From NCBI GenBank assembly GCA_965649765.1, contig OZ287749.1, positions 92,256,001 to 92,320,000 on the forward strand: DNA of 64,000 nt, given 5' to 3'. The notes beneath the pieces were generated by a model, which was given only the letters and a program-made list of their open reading frames with translations, was not told where the DNA came from and did no database searches. Shown here in pieces: positions 26,247 through 38,200 of the stretch. Source of the stretch: Bispira polyomma (lineage: Eukaryota). Numbering within the stretch: position 1 is the first letter of the stretch; the number at the start of each line of letters is the position of its first letter. The position numbers and the translations under genes are program-made.

Positions 26247-29200
26247 CTGTCAACAGAAACACCAACAGGTACTAACAACATACAGCAAAAAACCTCTATT
26301 ATCCAAACATGTTGAAGGAATTGGGAGAATTTCTTGGGCTGATAATAGAAGGTTTATCAAATGGAATAGGTATTTATGTACAAAGCAAATTAATCAATAA
26401 TTAAGGAAACATCAATTTGGTTAAAATATTTGGATAACAATAGTTCAAATAGAGAGGACTGGTACACAAGATCACCATTCAACAACAAAAATGTTGGAAG
26501 ACGATATTGTGACTATGCATTTTAGATATTATTTCCTTTCTTTCAAAACAATGCAAGAATTGACAAGAATGTTGGCAAGATGTTAACACAGGTTTGCCTA
26601 GTAGCTTGGGTGACCACTTAACATGGTAGCCCTTTGTCACTGAGTACTATCTCCAGTGGCAGATTAAAGATCCTTGGGGATGTTGATAAATGGCCATCCT
26701 CAAGCAAGCCTCGGTGCCCGTAGTGGCTGCCCATGAGGAAGCACATTTGAAATGACCCTATGTTGTATAAGTGCACTATAACAAATGTCATATTTCATTC
26801 ATTTTTTTTCATATTTCATTTAAATGCAATTTTGTGTTCATGCTTAAAAATGGGTGAAATTTGATCCTTGCAACTGAAGGTCGAGTTTATTCCCCAGGTT
26901 TTAGACGTTTTTTTTTTTTAGTCTTGTAAAAATGCACATCAATTGCAATAATTGAGGATCTCTAAAAACAAAGGACATGATTTGTTCAACATATGACATA
27001 TACTTGACCCGCCAAAAACTGTATACTTAAGCGTACACCTTATGTTGTAAGTTGGACAAAAAAGAAATGTGGCATACTGTTGGAAAACATAGATACCATT
27101 GCAGGAATCAACTAGATTACAAAATCTTACAACTGAGTTTTAATTGCTTTAGACATGGTAACATCAATTTTAAATTGGTTTCTGTGGACTTTCGTTGGTA
27201 AACGTAAAGTCACTTCAATGCAGGTCATTTAACGACATATAGGCAGAAATAGATAACATAAAACAGTACACAAAAACAGAAATAATAGTAATCCCTTTTT
27301 ACATGTCTCAAACAAAACAAAGGTACTGAAAGTATCTAAGACCGAAATAAATCAAACACTATACTGAAATTTCTGTAATAAATGTCCTGTATAAGCATGC
27401 AGAGATTTGGCCTTGAATCTCCTCATTCAAGGTCATCGACAGAGTGCCAAAGTACCCTGAATGACCAATTTTGGCCAAACTTAAAAGTGCCTATATCTTG
27501 CTTATTATTGGTCCTAGAGGTTTGGAATATGAAACCAACCTGTAGGAAATCAAGGCCTGGGAATCTTTTATTGTGGTCTAATTTGACCTTGGGCCTCTTT
27601 CAAGGTCAGTCTTGGTCAAACTTAAAAGTGCCTAATCTCACTTATTATTGGTCATAGAGGTTTGGGAAGTGAAACCAAGCTATAAGGAAATCATGGGATG
27701 GTAATCTTTTACTGTGGTCAGATGGACATTGGACCCCTCGTGCAAGGTCAAACAGGTAGGCCAAACTTTAAAATGCCTATCTCACACTAGTTATTGGTCT
27801 CACAGGTTTGCAATGTGAAACCCACTTGTGCCATTTAAGGCTTTAGCATAAATGCCCTATAGGAAATCATAGGCTTCTAGCTTGGGTGCTAGCTAGGGTG
27901 CTTGCTACCTAAGGTACTTTGTCCTTCTGGTGGATACAAATATGCATTGGTTCTCCGATGTGCTAGTTCTAGTTAGAAAATGGGCCTTTATTAATTCTAA
28001 CCTAGGCTAATCTTAAGTTAGCCTAAAGCTGTGACATTTTGGCAAGATAAAATACAAAAACTTGTATGCTTAAAATCATGCATGGTATATAGACTGATAT
28101 AAAATTAATTTATAAAGTCACGGCAGATAAATTTTTTAGGACAAAATACTAAAACCCATAAAATGTCCCTTGGGAACCAGTGAAGTAGGTGTAGGTATTA
28201 TACTGAAGGAGCAGTCAGTTATATGCATCAATTGTAAGTTAAATGAACAATTAAAATGCTTAGCTACACAATATAGCACATGCCATTAGTATACATGTTT
28301 AGAATATAATAATAAAATGTCTGTTTGCCACAAAAAAAAAACATGCTTATACCACTATATAGATAGACACGTTCAAATGCATGGTCCATATTTATCAACG
28401 GTTGTAAAGTCACAAGAATCTCCAAATTTGTCTTACTGTATCTTTGTGTACAATAAAGCTATTTAATATCCGATTGCAGATTAGAGTTCCTGAAAGTTCT
28501 ATTAAAATGAATGGTAACAGGTCTAAGGCATTCTCATTATAGAAAAGGAAATATAAATATATGGTGGGATGCAAGGTAACACGTCCGAGGTATTCCCATT
28601 AATAAAAATATTAATATAAATATATGTTGGTATACAAGGTAAAGCAGGCGTTTAAGTTTTAACAGCTTTGCCATGATGTATCTTTCTGTACAAAAAATAT
28701 CATAAACTGACATAATATTTGTATTATTCTAGTTCTTCACTGAAATCTTCATTAAAATCAATTGATAGTGGCATGACAAGTTATGTCTATTAACCCTCTA
28801 ATGACCATGATTGTCAGTGGCCTTTAGACACTCGTTTCAATACCAAGAATCCATACCTTTAATATGGTTCCTACTATTATAGCAAGATTATTCTATGCAG
28901 GAGAGATTTCCGAACACTATGTTTGGCATAATATAGAATAACTCTCATAATTGTCTGTAAAAATAAGCCCACATATCATGACGTAAGGTTGTTTCTGTGG
29001 TTTCCTGCAAAACTATTACTTCGCTCATAAGGGGTTGATAAGATACATCTATGTATGTGGTAAATAAGATTACATACTCTGTTCATGCATTGCTCTTGCA
29101 ATACTACATTTATACCTAAAATTGCATAAGGGTGTAACAATATATTGAAAAACTTATTATATTGTATAGAACTACAATATCTGGTAATACAAAATTGTAA

Positions 29201-32200
29201 AAGCAATACATATTAAGTACATCATTTTGGAGTAAAACATTAGAATATCGTTCACTTCTAAAATGTGAGAGCAGACAAGATATTTGTCCACCACAGAATC
29301 AGAAATAATACATTGAATATATTACTCTCATTTTTACAGTTTGTTAACCTTTTTACAAGAGCACTGCTGCCAATTTTTATTGCACAAGTTTTTACGCATG
29401 GGCAGAAACTCATTTGATTTTGTAACTTGCTGTTATTTTTGCAAATGGATCCAATACATTGCAATACATATTGTGAATATGACTGAAATATCGCAATATA
29501 TAGCAATACCATCGATTTTAAGGCACAATATACTCACCCATATTGGGTACGTTTAAGTTTTTGGACGAAAAAACTGTTGTTTGATCTCAAAAATCATACA
29601 CTCTACCCAATATAGCATAAGATAACTCACCTTGCATTGATTTTGTCATTTTATTACGTTTTCTGTTTGATTTCTGTGTATGGAGAATGTTACAATTTGA
29701 ATTTTTCTAAGTAATTTTAAGTTTTAAATTGAAAAATCAGGCTCTTACTTATAACTTCTATCACCAAAGAGACGCTAAATAATATAAAACCATGTACCAA
29801 ATGTGTGGAAATGAATTAACATTTAAAGCCAAAGAAAACACCACAAACAATTATGCAAATAAAAATATCTTTATTTTCTCAATAAATGAATATAACATTA
29901 AAAATAGCATTAGTGGTGGATTTGATTTAGTATATGAAGACCTTAAGGATAATAACACTATCTCCCAGGAATAGGATGTGTAAAAACTCGCTTTATGCAA
30001 TTAATATTACTCACAACAATCCCTAACTGATATAGAGTAAGGAATTTAAATTCGTCACTGTATCTGAAATTAGCCACCTAGAAAATGTTGTGTTTTGGTA
30101 GAATTGTAGGTAATATTTGCTGAAATTGATGTCAAATTGTGACTATTTTGCCTTACCGAAATTCCAGTTATTTTTCGCCTAGTTTTATTGATTTGGCCTA
30201 AATTTTAGGGGTGGCGAGTTTCAGATACAGTGGCAAATTTTAGATTCTTTCACTCTACCTTTAAATAAAAATGTGATATTAGGGAAAACAGTAATTTTAA
30301 TTCGGCTTTCAAATAACATAGAATGAATTACAAAAGTACAATTAAGAAAAATATAAGAAATAAAGGTAAATTAATGCAACAAATTTAATAAGTTTCAGGA
30401 ACATTTCTAGAATTCACTGGACATGGCAATGCCATTTTGTTGTTATAATTTGGTGTTTTAACACATAACACTAAACATAAAAGGCTAAACCCTATATGCT
30501 GTAATACAAGGAAGAACTACTACTTTTATTGTGGGCATGCTGTGTCCAGTGAATTCTGCAATCTAGCTAAATATCATTATATTATTGTCTAGAATTAAAT
30601 GAAGTGTCACCACAAATACCTACTACTACTGATGAATTATGATAAAAGAGTGGTGTTCGAACTACATAATACTTTGAAGTAAATCTACTTTGAATTCTAC
30701 ATTATAACCACTATTTTATTATAGTAAATAGCATGGTAGCAAGAACAACAATAACAGTTTCGAACTCTTTGGTTTCGCTAGTATCACTCCATTCAAATAA
30801 ATCTAAGTTTTTTAAAAGTAATGTGAACATTGCCTCCAATCCCCAGCAATGATCTCTCTGAAGTCTACATATTGGGCAAATTCAAGGTACGCCACTTACG
30901 AAGAATAAGGGGTCCGAACGACTACAATTTGATCTGCGGGACATGAAATTTATCCTCGCCAAGTAATGTTCAATCAGGCGGACTCGAATTTCAAAGATGG
31001 CATCCAACCTAGCATGTGGCAGGTAATTTTGATTTTAATTAAATTTTACAAGCCAACTCTTAACTAGGACCTGGAGTGAAGGAACATCTAAATATGTTTC
31101 TGACTCATAAAACAGAAATTGCATTTGCTTATCCTATTTACTTAATCATCAGATTTATTCCAATTCGTTTGGCTTCACAACACATATTAAACAATCTGTG
31201 CTTGTGCAAGATTTCTCTGAGAATAAATAGACGTATGAGGCCGAATTTGCTCAATGCAAAAGAAAGTCACATGCATATGTTAAAATTTATAACAAACATG
31301 TCCTTCACCTTGTAAACAGAAATGCAACAAAACACGAACAAAGTCTGAAAACATAAACAATGTCATGGCCTTCACCTTCTAGCCAGAGGAAATAACAACG
31401 AAAAAAATTCCCATCACACAAATCATACAGTCTTATTCTTGCAAGGTGAAAAAAGGACCTTCACCTTCTAGCTAGGGGAATAACAACGGAAAATTCCCTT
31501 TACACAAAGTATACAGTCCCATCGTTGCAAGGTGAAAAAGAAGTTGTAGCGACAAATAGAGATTGCCATGCAAGTTGCCATGCAGCCATGCTTGAAGATG
31601 TGACATAAATGAAGGAGCACAAACTGGGTCAAAGGTCACTGACCTTGCCTTCTAATTGTTTGATAGTCTGAGCCTGGCTCATAATTGTTTCTGCTTGTTG
31701 CTCTATCTGGCTTTGTAACTGAAAAATATATAAAAAATAAAGACCACAGATGTTAAAATTGTAATATATTTTAAGTGAATATCTGCTAGGAGAGAAATTA
31801 AGATGTATGAGGAAGTGATATGCAAACTTTTAAAACAGCACTTACTGAAATAAGTATGTGACAAACTTAAAACTCAATTTATCCACTGCCAAGAAAAAAG
31901 GAAAGCATTATCACCCAGGCATCCATAAAAATTGACATTAGGACATGTAGTGTACCAACATTTTTTAGCTTAATATTTCGTTTCTGAATAAAATAATGTG
32001 CACTACGAGTAGTTACAATATGTGTAAGATATAGATATTAAACTAGATATTGGTATAAAAATTGCACTTGTTAAATAGATTTTAATGTCATTTTTAAACT
32101 CATTTTTAAAGAAGAAACTCACCTTTTCTTTGTATTGTGATGTAAACAACCTTTCTTTGTATATTCATGATAATTAATTACAAAGAACATACACCCTTTT

Positions 32201-35200
32201 AGCTAGTAGTTACCCACCTTACTGTTGGACTTCTCTAGTTTCACCACACTCTCACTGTTACTAATGACATACTTACCTTACCTTTGGATTTCTCTAGTTT
32301 CACCACACTCTCACTGTTACTAAGGACATACCCACCTTACTGTTGGTTTTCTCTAATTTCCCCACACTCTTACTGTTACTAAGGACTCACCTTACTTTTG
32401 AATTTCTCTAGTTTCATCACACTCTTACTGTTACTAAGGACATACTCACCTTACTGTTGGTTTTCTCTAGTTTCATCACACTCTTACTGTTACTAAGGAC
32501 ATACTCACCTTACTGTTCGACTTCTCTAATTTCCCCACACTCTTACTGTTACTAAGGACATACTCACCTTACGGTTGGATTCCTCTAGTTTCATCACACT
32601 CTTACTGTTACTAAGGACATACTCACCTTACTGTTGGTTTTCTCTAGTTTCATCACACTCTTACTGTTACTAAGGACATACTCACCTTACTGTTGGATTT
32701 CTCTAGTTTCATCACACTCTTACTGTTACTAAGGACATACTCACCTTACTGTTGGTTTTCTCTAGTTTTATCACACTCTTACTGTTATGAAGGACATACC
32801 ACCTTACTGTTGGATTTCTCTAGTTTCACCACACTCTTAATGTTACTAAGGACATACCCACCTTACTGTTAGTTTTCTCTAATTTCACCACACACTCACT
32901 GTTACTAAGGACTCACTTTACTGTTAGTTTTCTCTATTTTCACCACACTGTTACTGTTACTAAAGACATACACACCTTAGCGTTGGTTTTCTCTAGTTTC
33001 ACCACACTCTCATTTAGTTCACTGTTCCTTCCTTTTAACCCCTTGTTTTCTTCTCTCAGACTCGACACCTCAAACTCTAGTTGGCTCACTAGTGCCGAGA
33101 GTCGGGCCACTTCTGTGTCTCGTGTGGAGTTCTGGCTGTCAGAAGCTGAATTCGTGAATGTGTCCTGTGTGAAAATGAGGAGAAAGTCGCTTTAGAAATG
33201 ATACATAACCTTAATACATCGATCATGTTCTCACACATACATACAGTAGAACTTCTATTATCCAAACTTCTAATTGTCAAAATATTTGGTTTTATGAACT
33301 CATTTCTCCCAAAATGTTTGGATAATACAGCTTCTTCTGTATATGGTGTTAAAACAACATACTGTCTAGTAGTTTATTTTTGTATATAACTACATGTTAA
33401 CTAGCTATATCATAAGTTGTTTGTCAAATACTAAATATTTGGGAATTTGCTAATGCTCCATGTTGAATTTACTAATCTCTCACTGAGTTCAAAATGTTCT
33501 CTAAAAATTCGTGCTCAAACTGCTTGTACCGCTAATTGTACAGTTATCATTACTCAGCAGTATTTGTGAATTTCCCACTCAAATATTTTGTGTACAACTG
33601 TTCACTGTACTTTGAGGGACCAAAAGGGCCTAATAAATGCTAATACATGGAATTACATTGAAAAGATATACTATTTTACCTCAATTTTAGCTTGATTTTT
33701 AAATGTTTACATTAGAATATGCTGTTGCATTTCCAATTTACTGTAACTTTGATCCTTTTCTATTCCCCTTAACCACTTTGCCAATGATGGACAATAATTC
33801 CACCATACCGAAGGAAAATACTTTAACACTAATATTTTATACCGTTGACTGCTGGCAGATGGACATGGCACTGGCGACTACAAATTGTCGACAGACAAGG
33901 TTGTCAAGGGCTCAAACATCACCTTGAGTAACTTCTTGAGAACTTATATCGAACCCCTCCCCATCATATGTTAGGGGAGTAACAGTGATTAGGGCTAATT
34001 GGGTACACTTGGGCAGTCGGGAAGTAGTATAGATGTGCGGGTATAAATTTAAACACAATAACAATAATTAGTACACATTTTGTCCATGCACATAAGACAG
34101 TTGAATCCCGGAGACTTTTGCAAGGTAAGGGACATGACCTCAACCTTAGTTACTACTGAAATATATAATTCAAACTGCAAAATAAAACTATTGTCAATTA
34201 ATTACCTCATGTAAGGTAAGGGACATAAGCTGAACTAGAGTTGCTATGGAAACATATAATAAGCATAACTGCAATATGAAATTTTTTGGATAAATTCCTA
34301 CATCTCATGAATTCTAATTGCCGGTCACAAGACAAGTGAGGATTTTTTATTATATATTAGTCACTACTGCATGCAAGGTGATAAAAGATGTTTTTGCCAA
34401 AAACTGCCAGACGATCTGTGTGACTAAGAGCTGTGACAGAATTATAAACTTGGGGTAGCCTTTCCATGGCTGAAATCTTAACTGTGTCAATTAAGAGGAA
34501 TTTTAACGATAATTTCATTTACCAGTTATACTTGTATGTTTTCTGTACATTTTAGCTTACACTTTGTCAGTTTAAACAAACCACCTACTTGTGTGGATCC
34601 CTCTGCAGTAAGTTGGTCTACATCACAGTTGTCAGGGGTGATGGGAATGATCTCAGCTTCCTCAAGTTCCTGCAGTATACAGAAAACAAAAACATGTATA
34701 CATGTAGTAACACCTAGAATGGTAGAATAAAAGAAGTTCTTTAAGTGTAACAGAGAGCTCATTCTGCCAAGGAACAATTGTATAACAAACAATAAAAGTA
34801 CCGGTACTGAAGTAACCGTCTTTAGACACCAAGTTGGTTTGTGTACAAAAAATAATTTAAAATAATGAATCGACATTTGTGTTTATACCACATTTTTATG
34901 AAATTTGCTGTCAACATCACTTTTCAGACACGTATTCAAGGGGTCGTATTCAATGATTATAGATAGCTATTAATGAGATAACGTCATTCAGAGTGCACCA
35001 TATGTCATTGAGTGTAAAATCCACTATTTGATAACAGAAGTTTGGATAATAGAGGTTCTAGTATATTACAGGCATCTCTCTTTGGGTATAGCCCATGTTT
35101 TTCATAATAACCTACCTCCAGGCTTCTGTAAATACAGGTAAAACTTTGAACAGTAAACCACATTCTCTTTGGAGCCCATCCCCTACAGTTCCTTCAATTC

Positions 35201-38200
35201 AAGTTACAAGCCCAAGGGCTATTCAGAGAGAAAGTTTATGGTATACATCTCTCTAGACACGCACCTTTTTCAGCCAAGGTGGCGGTACAGACTCTTCCAC
35301 TGCAGGTGTGAACGGTACCTCAGAGGCTGGAATGTATTCACCTTCTAGTTCCTACAACAAACACAGGGGGAAATAGTGTATACAAGGACCATATGTGTCC
35401 CTGGACCTGGACATTATTACTATGTTGTGATGATATGGGGGTACGGAAAAAAATAATAAAAGAAGATAATCAGTCAAATTTATTTACAAAATTTACGTCT
35501 GAGTTTTCTGGTGAACTTTTCCGGTATCTCTTAATATGTTTATATTTCATATACATGCTTATATCGTCCCTTAACCACATTTAACCTATTGCAACAATTA
35601 TATAAATATTCTAGACATTGGTGGTGTACACTAACTGCCTGTAACCACGGCATCTGAGAACTCTCCTCCACATCAGCCACCTGTCTGTCAGAGTTAAGCC
35701 CCGCCCCCTCCTCTAACAGCTGGGTGGGACTATTGAACACAGAGTCTGTAATACTGGCCTGAGATTCGACTGAACACATATTGTACACTGAAAATGTAAC
35801 ACAGATACACAGAGGTTAATGTATGTATACTAACTAGATACAATAGGAAGATTGTTGTTTCATAATTTTTAATATTTCATAAAGTGTTAAAAGCCATTAA
35901 ATCTCTTTCCATTTTGGTACACCTTATACATGTCATGCTTGTTGACTTCACTCATGTATCAAGACTGCCAAACAGAGGAATTTGGTATTGGACCTTTGCA
36001 TGAGCTATTAAAGAACAAAAAATTTCAGCTCAGTTTTTATAATTACGGAGAGATGTCCAGAATATACCCATTAATAAGGAAATCTAAAATTCCCTGTACT
36101 TTCCGCCATATTGACAAGTAGAACCTCTATTATTATCAGAACATGTTGGGAGAGTAAGATATTGCTTGGATAATAGAAGGGTCATAAAATAGAAAAGGAT
36201 TTTTTGTATAAAAACAATAGGAAAACATAAATTTGGGAGAGTGGAAATGAGTTCATAAAATCGAATATTGGTATAATAGAAGGTCGGATAATAGAGGTTC
36301 TACTGTAGTTCCAACTGAAGTAGTCTATCATATATATATTTACAAATAAATTTGGGCTGTATTCATGTTTATGATACTTTTTTATGAGATTATGGTATTC
36401 ATTTCACCCATAGCACAATTTGAAATAAATCAATAAACAGAGGTTCTTGAGAGGTTTCAACCTGCTCCCTATAACAGTCAATCTATTTCCAAGAGGGAAA
36501 AGAGGCTTTCTGTTTCCCCTGTGAAGCCTAACAAGAGGAATGGATCTGGAGCTTTCTCTATTACTGCCCTGATGTGATAGAATATTTTTCCCTGTTGGCT
36601 TAGATCACCAGAAACACTTTCTTGGTTTAGGAGAACAACTTTCTCTTGAAACTCACTTACCCCCTCTTAATTGCCTCCCTGTACACCCCTACATCTTTCC
36701 TAATGACTTTGCCATTGTTTTTGGACTTCTTCTCTATTGGTTAACTGATTCAGTTGCGCTTTAGAAGATGCCTCGTATCGATAACGCGTGTTAAAAGGGC
36801 AAAATACAATAGAATGTTGGCTTACCTCTGGCACCAGAAGATGTAGAGCGGAGAGTCTTCTGAGATAAGACTTTCTCTGTAAGAAAAGAGAAAATGACAT
36901 TTACAAGGTCACAACATTGTCACTACATTGTTATTTGTTAGAGTGTAATTCTGTTGTACGGGTATTTATATTGTCAAAATCACAAAAATAGCACAGAATT
37001 TGTGTATATATGTGTATAAATATAAGACACTGTCCTGACCTGCAATAACTCCAGTACTCCAGCAGAATGAGTTAATGGTTGAGACACGGTGCAGGGCCCC
37101 AAAGATTGGTCTGGGTAAGGCAAAACACTGACCATCTGGTCCTTTACCCTGGTCAGCTGCGTCTGTCCCTAGACGGCCATTCTCACTCAGACCCCAAGAG
37201 TACACCAAGTTATCTGTAACATGTCATAGATATGTGTACAATGCAAAACAAAGCTACCATCAAACTGACTTTAGTGCGGGAGGGGTGGGGGGGATTGCAA
37301 TTATACTATATCTTCAAATGACCTTATTTCTTGCCAAAAACTCTGTCTTTAATTTCTGCTTTGTCAGAATTTTCGGGTTCATCATAGCAGAGTTCAATAT
37401 GTTTTTTAAAGAAATGTAAGCAAACGAAAATAAACAAACTGAAATTTGGGAAACGTAACAAAAAAATCAATGTATAGGCTGTTTTGTACACGTTCTGTAC
37501 ACGTTTGTACACGCATTAAACACGTTTTAATAGCTGTTTTAATTATGTTTGTACCATTAACCAAGTTTCTAAGCAGGTTGGCCACATTTCTAAATACGTT
37601 AGCAATGTTTCTCAACATGTTTTAATCTCGTTCTCTCTTTTCACGCTTGTTTTAAATAGGTTGCATTCGCTTCTTCCATGTCGTTCATGTTTCTAGTTAT
37701 CATTTCTATGTATAGTACGTCTTACTGTTGTCCTTTCTGTTTATATATGCATTGAATACTTGTCATGCATTTGCCACGAGAAATGATGGGAGCATATCAC
37801 TTACGTATGCATATGTTCAAGTACACATACTACGTCCACTATGCAAATGCTTACGTTTCACCTTACGTTTGCTATTTTTAGCCATTTTTTTAGCGTAATC
37901 GGAACGTAAGCCAAGTGTGAAAAAGACATGTAGATAAATTATATACAAAACCATTCAAAATTTCACTGTGACAAAATTATTTATACCTTTTAAGTTTTTA
38001 ACTCAGTGAATCTTTTTAACAGTTTGTTTACACTTTAAGTCAAGGTGACACTTTTACCTGCTGTAGCGATCACAGTAAATCCATCTCCACAGCTGACCTG
38101 GGTGACCTTTTGACCTCCAAGGACCCCACTGACCAAGGTCACACCAGTGCGTTCCTTGTAGTCTCCCACGCCCAGCTGGCCGTATTTGTTAGAGCCAAAC

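Noticed and set aside
32213-32975. CRISPR-like regular array
   Set aside because: No unique spacers; whole units repeat, derive from the adjacent exon, and the context is eukaryotic with no cas genes.
36480-36780. Purine-rich coding-looking stretch in NEK9 intron with GTAAGT donor
   Set aside because: No acceptor/donor pair gives an open frame compatible with the phase 1-1 flanks.
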